From: a virus
Direction: 5' to 3' (one strand)
Length of the DNA: 64,000 bases
Virus record (IMG/VR): IMGVR_UViG_3300009093_000036
Coordinates: 1-64,000 of that record
A program made the position numbers and the translations under genes. Position 1 is the stretch's first letter; every line of letters begins with the position of its first letter. The notes under the pieces are model-generated. The model did not search any database. It saw only the letters and a program-made list of their open reading frames with translations, and had not been told where the DNA came from. Below are positions 1-8,829 of the stretch, piece after piece.

Positions 1-1
1 C

Positions 2-70
2 CTGCTCATGCAGGTCATCTCTCCTCCGAAGGTGAAGGTGCCACCGTCGGGCCTCGTGGTTCCGGGATGA
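2..70 (+). CDS. 3' end of a gene running in from the left edge (partial, LLMQVISPPKVKVPPSGLVVPG*)
   Basis: Open frame to TGA 68-70, which overlaps the ATG at 67 (ATGA coupling). Confidence 0.5.
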   Translation: MLMQVISPPKVKVPPSGLVVPG

Positions 71-792
71 CCCCGAGCCATCGTCTGAAGGTGCTCGCAG
101 CGGAGTGGCACGGATGCACCCGCTGCGGGCTCCACGAGATGCGCAACGGCCCGAACATCTTCTTCAGTCACGGCGCGACCCCTGCGAAGTACCTCATCGT
201 CGGCTCAGTGCCGACCGACAGCGACGAGATCTTCAACGGTCTCTTTTCTGGTGATGAAGGTGACCTCCTCTTCGCACTGCTGAAGGAGGTCGGCATCTCC
301 CTGGAGGAATGCCACTTCACGTACTCCGTGTCGTGTCGCCCGAAGGTCTTCATCCCGGCGACCGACACCGAAGACGAACGTGTCGAAGGAAGAGCTCCCG
401 GCAAGGATGAAGTCGTGGCGTGTCGGCCACGCCTCTACGAGATCCTCTACCAGGTCGACCCGCGCGCCATCATCACCTTGGGCGAAGTCGCCACGAAGTC
501 GATGGTACGTGGGCGTCTCCCCAAGTTCTCGGAGGTGGTCGGCAAGCAGTTCGTGTCGATGCTTCCGGCAGCCACTCCCGAAGATCATGCCGATGGGAAC
601 GTTCGGGGAAAGGGTCGGCACCACGACCTGACGTACCCGGTGTTCGCAGTCCCCGACATGTCCGCCATCATCAACAACCCGAGCACGGCTGCGCATGGTC
701 CGCACAACGTTGCGATGAGGACCCTGCTCCGAGCTCATGACACCGCAGAGTTCGTGTTGCAGAACGAACACGCCACCATGAGAGGTTCCTGA
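67..792 (+). CDS. Uracil-DNA glycosylase family 4-like Fe-S protein with degenerate active site
   Basis: CTRCGLH...CRP...C cysteine pattern, plus IVG..P, LL..LL..VGI and DPRAIITLGEVA segments align with family-4 UDG. GEGPG is GSVPT, NVVKC is YSVSC, and HPSY is DMSA. Confidence 0.75.
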   Translation: MTPSHRLKVLAAEWHGCTRCGLHEMRNGPNIFFSHGATPAKYLIVGSVPTDSDEIFNGLFSGDEGDLLFALLKEVGISLEECHFTYSVSCRPKVFIPATDTEDERVEGRAPGKDEVVACRPRLYEILYQVDPRAIITLGEVATKSMVRGRLPKFSEVVGKQFVSMLPAATPEDHADGNVRGKGRHHDLTYPVFAVPDMSAIINNPSTAAHGPHNVAMRTLLRAHDTAEFVLQNEHATMRGS

Positions 793-1211
793 TGTCCAAG
801 CAATCCCTGTACGCCGCACAGTCCGCCTACGAGAGCTCGCTCGCCACGTACGAGGCCTTCCGCACCCAGAATGCGGATGTCCTCGACGAGCACGATCACC
901 TCGCGGTCAGCCTGAACGAGTCCCTCGAAGTCCTGAAGAACGAGCTGCGAGACAACGCCGCCACGATCGGAAAGAAGTTCGGCTCGTTCTCGATCTCGGT
1001 GCCGCGCATCTACGACGTGGAAGCTCTTCGCAGGAGCCTCGGCAAGAAGGCCGACCCGTACGTGAAGGTCGTCGAGAGCGTCGACAGCAAGAAGTTCGAG
1101 GAAGCCGTCGAGAAGGGTCTCGTCGACCGTTCGGTCGAAGAGGTCGTCGTCGGGCAAGGCACTCCCCGCATCTCCGGTGGCCCGAAGCCGCCGTCGATTT
1201 TCCAGCGGTGA
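792..1211 (+). CDS. Hypothetical phage protein
   Basis: Coupled ORF in the operon with strong C/G third-position bias. Confidence 0.7.
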   Translation: MSKQSLYAAQSAYESSLATYEAFRTQNADVLDEHDHLAVSLNESLEVLKNELRDNAATIGKKFGSFSISVPRIYDVEALRRSLGKKADPYVKVVESVDSKKFEEAVEKGLVDRSVEEVVVGQGTPRISGGPKPPSIFQR

Positions 1212-1573
1212 GCTTCGAGATCATCCAGTTGGTCGAAGTGTGGGACGTCGAGGGAGAGCCCGTCGAAGAGCTCAGCTCGAAGTCCTACTTGACCGAGAAA
1301 GACCTGTACATGTCCGCCGACAAGTTCGCCTCGCTGACCGCTGGCAACAAGCTCGCTCGTGTTCGCCGTGAGATCTCCGAGAGCATCGGAGGGCCCGGCT
1401 ACAGCTCGATCCGGGTCTCGACCAGCATCGAAGTCGCCTGCGACCAGCACGAGGCCTCCATCAAGGCCGCCGCAGAAGCAACGATCGCCGAGTGCACCAT
1501 CCTCAACGAGGAAGCGATCCTGAAGGCCTACGACGGCCTGAAGGCGCACCGCAAGACCCTGGGCCTCGAATGA
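1208..1573 (+). CDS. Hypothetical phage protein
   Basis: GTGA overlap with the upstream stop; coding-like codon bias. Confidence 0.7.
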   Translation: MSFEIIQLVEVWDVEGEPVEELSSKSYLTEKDLYMSADKFASLTAGNKLARVRREISESIGGPGYSSIRVSTSIEVACDQHEASIKAAAEATIAECTILNEEAILKAYDGLKAHRKTLGLE

Positions 1574-1896
1574 ACTCGGGGTACAAGGGTTCTCGCGTCG
1601 GCATCACGAAGACCACGATCGAGAACACCACGCTGGTGTACGAGGTTCAGTTCGTCGACGAAGATGGTGTTGTGCACGGCATCATGCGGCACGGCGTCCC
1701 TCTCGACAACGAGTCCGAGATCAGCATCAAGACCAACGAGCTCCTGGACGTCCTTCGCAAGCGCGCTGAGGCCTTCCACTTCGCGTCGCCTGCGAGCGGC
1801 GTCCTACCCTCAGCGATCGGAGGACCGCGTGGAATCGCAGAGTCCCTGGGAAATACCGGCCAGACGCCTGATGAGCCTGAAGGAACTCAAGGGTAA
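1570..1896 (+). CDS. Hypothetical phage protein (MNSGYKGSRV...)
   Basis: ATG at 1570 overlaps the upstream TGA; in frame with track ORF 1492..1896. Confidence 0.65.
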   Translation: MNSGYKGSRVGITKTTIENTTLVYEVQFVDEDGVVHGIMRHGVPLDNESEISIKTNELLDVLRKRAEAFHFASPASGVLPSAIGGPRGIAESLGNTGQTPDEPEGTQG

Positions 1897-2908
1897 CGTC
1901 GACGCCGACGCCGCCCTTCACCTTCCGGATCTCATCTACGACGTCAGCAGCGACGACCACAGCATCCGCTTCGAGCCCATCCCGCTCTCCACGCTTCTCG
2001 GCGAGGAAGAGCAGGATGTGGTCGGGGCCACGATCGAGCGCGATCGAAACGCAGAGGGTAGGCGCGAGGACAAGTACATCTTCACGCGCTGGAGCCGCTC
2101 GCAACTTCTTTCCCTACTGGGGACGAAGGAGAAGTGGTTCAGCTTCGTCGGGCTCGACCGTCAAGCCGATGAGCTCAACGCACGCCTGCACGGGATGAGT
2201 GGCCACAACCTCCGGACGCAGAGTGCCGTCGAGGACAGTTTCCCCGTGAAGCTCATCCGCGGCCTGGTGAGCCGAGAGTACGCCGACATCCCGAACACCG
2301 AGATCATGAAGGCGGTAGTCGACACCGTTCCCGAGACCTCGATGGCGCTTCGTCATGCCAGTGGCATCACGGACCGTGCCTTCTACGCGTACATCATCTC
2401 GCCGACCCCCATCACGATCCCCAACACGAAGTTCTTCGCGTACCCGGGAGCTGTCGTGAAGAACAGCGAGGTCGGCTACACCTCCCTGTGGGTGATCCCG
2501 TCGCTCGTCGTTCGTGCCTACGGGGTGCCGATCGTCATCGAGAGCCAGGCCGTGCTGCGGCGAATCCATCGCGGCAAGGTCGACCTCCCCACCAAGTTCA
2601 AGGAGGCCTTCGAGAAGTGCGCAGCCTCCTGGACCGACATGGCGTCGAAGATCCCGGTGCTCGCCTCGAAGTCCTACTTGAACGAAGACGATGCTGTGGC
2701 CGCCATGGAGCGCCTCCTCTCCTCGTGCCTGTCCAGGAAGGACTTCATCGACCTGTGCCGAGACACCTACCGCTCCCAGACCCGACTGCACACCGCGCTC
2801 GACATCTTCGAGTCGATCACCGAGGCGTGTGCCTCGTACACCAACCGCGACGAGAGCTATGAGGTAGGTGCCATCGCCGGCGCCGTCCTCTACCGCCTCG
2901 TCTTCTAG
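1871..2908 (+). CDS. DUF932-like phage protein
   Basis: IRGLVSREYADIPN and VVKNSEVGYTSLWVIP...RRIHRG resemble the DUF932 NSE.G.S...H.G pattern. Start placed at ATG 1871. Ends in TAG. Confidence 0.55.
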   Translation: MSLKELKGNVDADAALHLPDLIYDVSSDDHSIRFEPIPLSTLLGEEEQDVVGATIERDRNAEGRREDKYIFTRWSRSQLLSLLGTKEKWFSFVGLDRQADELNARLHGMSGHNLRTQSAVEDSFPVKLIRGLVSREYADIPNTEIMKAVVDTVPETSMALRHASGITDRAFYAYIISPTPITIPNTKFFAYPGAVVKNSEVGYTSLWVIPSLVVRAYGVPIVIESQAVLRRIHRGKVDLPTKFKEAFEKCAASWTDMASKIPVLASKSYLNEDDAVAAMERLLSSCLSRKDFIDLCRDTYRSQTRLHTALDIFESITEACASYTNRDESYEVGAIAGAVLYRLVF

Positions 2909-3028
2909 CCGCTGCCGCCTGTGCCATGCGTGACGTGACCATCACTACAGGTGGTGGTGCTCACGAAGGCCTTGCGGTGAGCGGTGGTCATCAACAAGAT
3001 GCCCTTCCCAAAAAACGGAGGCCTGTGA

Positions 3029-4564
3029 GTGTCAACGATCGCTCTTGAGCTCATCGCCGCCATGATCAAGGTCGGCGACATCGGCCCGATTCACCGCGGA
3101 GAGTTCCGCAAGGAGCACTGCACAGACGCTGGATCGGAGTCGCTGTTCGACTTCCTTTCGCACTACCGACAGATCACCGACGGCCAGGGGCATGTCCCTG
3201 CGATGTCCGTCATCAAGGATCGCTTCCAGCACATCAACCTGCCGGAGACCGCAGAGGTCATCGACCTGCCTGCTCTCGTGTACGAGGCTCGGTCCTACCG
3301 TACGAAGCTGAGCATCCAGGCTCTCACCGAGAAGATGGTCGCAGCCATGGATGCCGTCGACCCCATCGGCGAGCTTCGCATCGTTAGAGCCGAGTTCGAC
3401 GAGATCATGAAGGACGCGGGGTCGAGCCGCGACATGGACTTCCACGAGTCCGCCTTCGAGATCCTGGAGGACTACAGCAACAAGACGATCCTCAAGCAGG
3501 GCCTCCCGTGGCCGTGGAAGGGGTTGAACGACTCCACCCAGGGCCTGCACGCCGGAGAGTTCTACATCATCTCGGGACGCCCGAAGTCGAGGAAGACCTT
3601 CGTCGCCCTCTACATCGCGGCGTACATGATGCGTTACCACAAGCTGCGCATCTTGTTCATCTCGCCCGAGATGCCTCCGCGACAGATCATGTTGCGGTTC
3701 ATGGCCTTCCTCGCGGAGGTCCACTACAGCCAGTTCAAGAAGGGCGAGCTGGATGCGTTCGAGGAGCAGCAGCTCTTCGACATCATCGGCATGTTCTTGG
3801 ACGAGCTGCAAGGCTCGCTCGACCCCGAGTTCACGTCCTACACGGACGAGCCTTCTGCGATCCAGGCTCCGGGCAGCCAGGGCGCGTTCATCGTCACGAA
3901 AGCCACCGGACAACCGGTGACGTTCATCGAGGCGAAGATCAAGGAGCACCGCCCGCACGTCGTCATCGTCGACTCGTTCTACCGCCTCGGCGTGTCCGGA
4001 GGTCAGAAGTATGACTCGGACTGGAAAGCTCTGACGTCCGTCAGCCGTCTGCTGAAGGACATGGCGATGGAGCACGAAGTCGCGCTCATCGGAACGCACC
4101 AGCTCAACCGCGACGCGGAAGAGAAGGTCGGAACGCTGGCCAACCTCGGGTACTCGGACGCCATCGCGCAGGACTGCGACATGGCTCTCCGGGTCATCAC
4201 GGCGAAGCGGAAGGGCGGAGATCGCTCCGCTCTGTACGTCCTCGGTGGTCGTGAAACCGAATGCGAGGGTGTCATCATCCACAACGAGCCCTGCAACAAC
4301 TTCGGGGAGATCGAGCCGATCCTCCCAGGCACCAAGAAGAAGTTGTTGTCGATGCTCGCCTCGGAAGAGGATGCAGAAGCAACGGCCGAGAAGGAAGCTG
4401 CGGACGCAGAGGCTGCGAAGCGCGGACAGCCGAAGAACTTCGGGAATCGTGCGAACAGCGCGATGAAGAACAAGTTGGCGAACGCGAACCCGGGGCTCAG
4501 CTCCGTCGAGCTCATCCGTCCCGAAGACCTCGGGGAAGAGGAGGCGGATGGCGCAGAGCATTGA
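3029..4564 (+). CDS. DnaB-like (SF4) replicative helicase
   Basis: Walker A variant SGRPKSRKT, FISPEM, Walker B VVIVDS, HQLNR and DAIAQDCD (H3/H4 motifs). Confidence 0.9.
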   Translation: MSTIALELIAAMIKVGDIGPIHRGEFRKEHCTDAGSESLFDFLSHYRQITDGQGHVPAMSVIKDRFQHINLPETAEVIDLPALVYEARSYRTKLSIQALTEKMVAAMDAVDPIGELRIVRAEFDEIMKDAGSSRDMDFHESAFEILEDYSNKTILKQGLPWPWKGLNDSTQGLHAGEFYIISGRPKSRKTFVALYIAAYMMRYHKLRILFISPEMPPRQIMLRFMAFLAEVHYSQFKKGELDAFEEQQLFDIIGMFLDELQGSLDPEFTSYTDEPSAIQAPGSQGAFIVTKATGQPVTFIEAKIKEHRPHVVIVDSFYRLGVSGGQKYDSDWKALTSVSRLLKDMAMEHEVALIGTHQLNRDAEEKVGTLANLGYSDAIAQDCDMALRVITAKRKGGDRSALYVLGGRETECEGVIIHNEPCNNFGEIEPILPGTKKKLLSMLASEEDAEATAEKEAADAEAAKRGQPKNFGNRANSAMKNKLANANPGLSSVELIRPEDLGEEEADGAEH

Positions 4565-5561
4565 GGAGGTCCTGCGTCAGCTAGCTCCGCAGTCCCTCAT
4601 CGGCGCGGTTCTCTCGACCAACTACGTGATGGTCCGCTGCCCGTTCCACGGCGGCGGTCTTGAGCGTACGCCGTCGTGCTCGGTGTCCCGAGTGAAGCCC
4701 GTCTTCTTCTGCCATGGATGCAGCGTCGGCGGAAACATCGGGAAGTTCCTGCGTCAGGTAGGGGCTCCGTCAGATGTCGCGAAGTCGATGGTCGAGAAGA
4801 TCGCCTACGACTACAGCGAGTACGGAGACGGCAAGAACGCCCACTCCATCTTCACGGGAGCGAATCCCTACCGAGGGAAGTTCATCCTGGATGACGAGAT
4901 CCTGGATGGATGGCGTCTGCGTCCAGAATCCCTCTACCGGGCGGGCTTCAAGGAGCGTACGCTCCGGCACTTCGAGGTCGGGGTCGACCACACGATGGCC
5001 CGTGTGACCTTCCCCCTTCGCAACCTGTACGGTGAGCTCGTTGGCGTATCCGGCCGCACGATGGTCAAGGACCTCGAACCTCGGTACAAAATCTACTCCG
5101 AGAAGGACCTGGCTCGGTTCGGCGTCAGTCCGAACTACTCCATGGCGTCTATCAAGGGTGCGCTCCTCTGGCATGCCCACCTCATCTTCCCGATCTGCTT
5201 TCGGGATCGCTCCCCCATCATCGTGTGCGAGGGCTTCAAGGCCGCGATGTGGGTCTGGCAGATGGGGCACCACAACGTCGTCGCCCTCGTCGGCGCGCAC
5301 TTGACCAAGCTCCAGGCGGAGCTCCTCGCCCGTACTGCGAGCGAGGTCACGCTCTTCCTCGACAACAACGAAGCAGGACACAAAGGAACGCACGCAGCAG
5401 GAAAGCTACTCGTCAACAAGAACATCGTGAAAGTCGCTAAGTACCCCGACCTGAGACAGCAGGCCGATCAACTTCAAGAAGCAGAGATCCAGTCCGCACT
5501 AAGCAACGCTCCGTACTACGTGAAGTGGAAATCAGAGAACAAGGAAAAGAGAACATCATGA
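4548..5561 (+). CDS. DnaG-type DNA primase (CHC2 zinc finger + TOPRIM)
   Basis: CPFH...FFCHGC zinc finger, RVTFPLRNLYGELVGVSGR, TOPRIM VCEG and FLDNNEAG. Confidence 0.9.
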   Translation: MAQSIEEVLRQLAPQSLIGAVLSTNYVMVRCPFHGGGLERTPSCSVSRVKPVFFCHGCSVGGNIGKFLRQVGAPSDVAKSMVEKIAYDYSEYGDGKNAHSIFTGANPYRGKFILDDEILDGWRLRPESLYRAGFKERTLRHFEVGVDHTMARVTFPLRNLYGELVGVSGRTMVKDLEPRYKIYSEKDLARFGVSPNYSMASIKGALLWHAHLIFPICFRDRSPIIVCEGFKAAMWVWQMGHHNVVALVGAHLTKLQAELLARTASEVTLFLDNNEAGHKGTHAAGKLLVNKNIVKVAKYPDLRQQADQLQEAEIQSALSNAPYYVKWKSENKEKRTS

Positions 5562-6811
5562 GCACCAACAGCTTTCAGCCCCGCATGCGCGGTCATCAGC
5601 CCCAGTCCCGGTTCGCCAACTCGGCGAAGGCGGCGAAGGCAGCCTCGGCCCGCACGCAGTTCAAGCGCCCCGATGGCGCGTTCGATCGTCTCGTGCTCGG
5701 CTCCACGCCGATCTGGGTGCGGCTGAACCCGGACCAGCTCTACGAGCAGCTCCTCTACAGCCGTGAGGAGAAGAAGCTCATCGAGACGAAGATCCCGACG
5801 AAGGAGAACCCGACGCCGGAGTACACGGCCCGTCCCTGGTACGAGTACACCGGGCACTACGTCGTGGCGCGCAAGCGTCCGTTCATCTGCTCGTCCGGCC
5901 CGGGCCGTGACCAGCCGTGCCGAGGCTGTGCGATCCGCGCGAAGTTCTACGACATCCTGCGCGATCAGGAGAAGGCGACGTCCGTGAAGGACGAGGAGAA
6001 GCGGAAGCACCCGCCGATCCAGGCCAGCACGCGCTACGGCATGGCCTGCACGTGCGTCGAGAAGATCTTCGAGATGCCGGTGATGAAGGACGGCAAGCCC
6101 CGCAAGGGCAAGAACGGCCAGGACATCACCTCGTTCATGCCGGCTCCGCTCAGCGGCGTGCCGATCACGAAGCAGGGCTCGATGCCCTTCGAGTTCGGGC
6201 GCAACTTCCACTGGAGCTTCGGCCCCGTTCACCTCGCGCAGCTCGCGGAGATGGACATGGACCTCTGGAACTCCTGCGCGAACTGCAAGAGCGATCTCAT
6301 GACGACGGAGATGCACTGTGCCGAGTGCAACGCCGTCACCTTCGAGATCCCCGAGGGCGTCACGGGCTCGGATCTGCGCGCTCTCCGCGAGCAGCCGATC
6401 AAGTGCAACGCATGCGGCACCGAGGGGAACTGCCTCCCGGTCATCCTGTGCACGGGCTGCGACACCCCGGAGGAGGGCTCGATCCTCAAGTTCGACCTGC
6501 GCCTCAAGACGGTGCCGATCGACGACAAGAAGTCGGACCTGAAGCTGGAGGACTTCCGCGTCCCCAACTACGTCACCATCTTCAAGCAGAACCCGACCTG
6601 GGCCGAGCGCATCTCGGAGCTCGTGATGAGCCCGCTCGACATCGTCACGATCCTCGCGCCGGACAGCATCGATCAGCAGGCCTGGACGCTGCCGGACGAT
6701 CTCAAGGCCGTCGACGCCGGCTACCACCTCAAGGAGAAGGCGAGCCAGCCCTACGGCAGCGACGAGGGCGACGCGGATCAGATGTCCTTCAGCGACGACA
6801 CGTCGAGCTGA
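5558..6811 (+). CDS. Probable single-stranded DNA-binding protein with multiple CxxC motifs
   Basis: Sits between primase and polymerase; aromatic-rich N-half; several CxxC pairs; acidic C-terminal tail (SDEGDADQMSFSDDTSS); very strong codon bias. ATG at 5558. Confidence 0.55.
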   Translation: MSTNSFQPRMRGHQPQSRFANSAKAAKAASARTQFKRPDGAFDRLVLGSTPIWVRLNPDQLYEQLLYSREEKKLIETKIPTKENPTPEYTARPWYEYTGHYVVARKRPFICSSGPGRDQPCRGCAIRAKFYDILRDQEKATSVKDEEKRKHPPIQASTRYGMACTCVEKIFEMPVMKDGKPRKGKNGQDITSFMPAPLSGVPITKQGSMPFEFGRNFHWSFGPVHLAQLAEMDMDLWNSCANCKSDLMTTEMHCAECNAVTFEIPEGVTGSDLRALREQPIKCNACGTEGNCLPVILCTGCDTPEEGSILKFDLRLKTVPIDDKKSDLKLEDFRVPNYVTIFKQNPTWAERISELVMSPLDIVTILAPDSIDQQAWTLPDDLKAVDAGYHLKEKASQPYGSDEGDADQMSFSDDTSS

Positions 6812-6822
6812 GCTGACGAGGC

Positions 6823-8823
6823 ATGCCCAGACTTCGTCTGCTGCCCCCGGTAGAGGAAGTCCGGTCGTGGGAGGCATGTATCCCCGTGTTGCATCTTCTG
6901 ATGCAGCGCGGGGGTACTATCGCCATCGACACCGAGACGACCGGCCTGAAGATCATGGAGGATCGCATCCTCTTCTGGTCGATGGCTACCGAGGACAATC
7001 GGTGGTGCTTTCCAGCGGAGTTCATCTACGCGTTCGAGCGCCTGTTCGCCCGCACCGACATCAGTTGGTGTATGGCAAACGCGAAGTACGACCTGCACAT
7101 GCTTCGCAACGCCGGCATCGTGATCGCTGGCAAGGTCCTCGACATCATCGTCATGGACGCGATGATGGACGACACCCGCCCGCACGGTCTCAAGGACCAG
7201 GCGTGGTTGTCGTACGAAGCGAAGTGGGGTGAGTTCAAGGAGCTCTTCCTCGACCCGCTCGTCGTAGGTCAGAAGCTCGGCCTCGACAAGAACGCGTTCC
7301 GCGACTTCAAGAAGATGACGGGAGGCGACAAGCTCCTGTACGTCTACCAGCAGGCTCCGCAGTTGCTGGTCGACTATGCGAGCTGCGACGCCTACTTCAC
7401 CTTCCTCCTGCATCAGGACCTCTCGAACCAGCTTGCAAGCGAGCTGCTGCCCGTGGAGATCGCTCCCGGCTTCGAGACCCTGTACGACTACTTCCAGGTC
7501 CTGGAAGTTCCGATGACCCGCACGCTCTGGAACCTGGAGCGCCGTGGTGTCCTCGTCGACCTCGACTATGTGAAGAAGATCGATGAGCCCATGCGGAACG
7601 GCATCGCTGCCGCAACGCGCGAGCTCCACGACATGATCGGGAGACAGTTCAACCCGAAGTCCTCGGATCAGCTCCGAGACATCCTCTATGGAGGAAACAG
7701 CACGTTCAACTTGAAGCCCGTGAAGTACACGAAGGGCGGCAAGAAGGCGGCTGTCGAGGGCACCGACGAGAAGTCCCTCAAGATCCTCATGGAGCGCAGC
7801 TCCAACAGCATGGCTGGCAAGTTCATCTTCAAGCTCCTGGAGTTGAAGAAGCTGGTCAAGCTCCACGGCACGTACGTCAAGAACATCGGAGACCACCTCG
7901 GCCCCGATGGGCGTATCCACACCCGGTACAACCAGGCCGGCGCTCGAACGTCACGCCTGAGCTCGTCTGACCCGAACATGCAGAACCTGCCGCGCCCCGA
8001 CCCGAAGAGCGACCCCTACGGCATCCGAGGGATGTTCGTGTCGTCGCCTGGCAAGGACCTGCTGGACGGAGACTACCCGCAGATCGAGTTCCGCGTCGCT
8101 GCCGTGCAGGCAGACGAGGAGTCGATGATGGATGCCGTCCGCAAGGGCTGGGACATCCACAACGCCAACACGACGAACATGTTCGGCATCCCGTACGAGG
8201 ATGTGGCTGCCGCCAAGAAGAAGTCCAAGGCGGAGCTGACCAAGTACGACCTGGAAGTGCTGGCACGTCGTAACGAGTCCAAGACCGTTGGTCTCGGCAC
8301 CCTCTTCGGTGAGGGCGAGACGAAGATGGCCTTGCAGCTCAACATCTCGAAGGAGCGCGCCGGCGAGCTGAAGAATGCATTCTTCTCCGCCTACCCCAAG
8401 ATCTACGACAACATCATGTTCTGCCATGGGTACGCCATGGAGAAGGGGCACTCCTTCACGATGTTCGGCCGCATGCGCCGTTTGCATCGTATCGGAAGCC
8501 CCTTGAGCAACGGCCGCATCATCGCTCAGGAACAACGTCAGGCGTACAACATGCACGTGCAGGGCAGCGCAGCCGAGCTGATGAAGCTCGCCATGCTGCT
8601 CGTCGACAATGACCCTGACTTCAAGAGCCTCGGTGGAGAGCTCCTGCTCACCGTTCACGATGAGCTGGTAGGCGAAGCACCGAAGGACACGTCCAAGGAC
8701 TGTGCTGAGGTGATGGCGCAGTTGATGGGCAGGCCGATTCAGTGGGGTCCCCTCCAGATGGAGTACCCCGTGCCCATCACGCCCGACATCGGTCGGGCCC
8801 ACCGTTGGAACGAAGCAAAGTGA
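6823..8823 (+). CDS. polA: Family A DNA polymerase with 3'-5' exonuclease
   Basis: ExoI DTETTG, ExoII NAKYD, ExoIII YASCD; RTSRLSSSDPNMQNLP; motif A DYPQIEFR; motif B RNESKTVGLGTLFG; motif C TVHDE. Confidence 0.97.
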   Translation: MPRLRLLPPVEEVRSWEACIPVLHLLMQRGGTIAIDTETTGLKIMEDRILFWSMATEDNRWCFPAEFIYAFERLFARTDISWCMANAKYDLHMLRNAGIVIAGKVLDIIVMDAMMDDTRPHGLKDQAWLSYEAKWGEFKELFLDPLVVGQKLGLDKNAFRDFKKMTGGDKLLYVYQQAPQLLVDYASCDAYFTFLLHQDLSNQLASELLPVEIAPGFETLYDYFQVLEVPMTRTLWNLERRGVLVDLDYVKKIDEPMRNGIAAATRELHDMIGRQFNPKSSDQLRDILYGGNSTFNLKPVKYTKGGKKAAVEGTDEKSLKILMERSSNSMAGKFIFKLLELKKLVKLHGTYVKNIGDHLGPDGRIHTRYNQAGARTSRLSSSDPNMQNLPRPDPKSDPYGIRGMFVSSPGKDLLDGDYPQIEFRVAAVQADEESMMDAVRKGWDIHNANTTNMFGIPYEDVAAAKKKSKAELTKYDLEVLARRNESKTVGLGTLFGEGETKMALQLNISKERAGELKNAFFSAYPKIYDNIMFCHGYAMEKGHSFTMFGRMRRLHRIGSPLSNGRIIAQEQRQAYNMHVQGSAAELMKLAMLLVDNDPDFKSLGGELLLTVHDELVGEAPKDTSKDCAEVMAQLMGRPIQWGPLQMEYPVPITPDIGRAHRWNEAK

Positions 8824-8829
8824 GGACAG

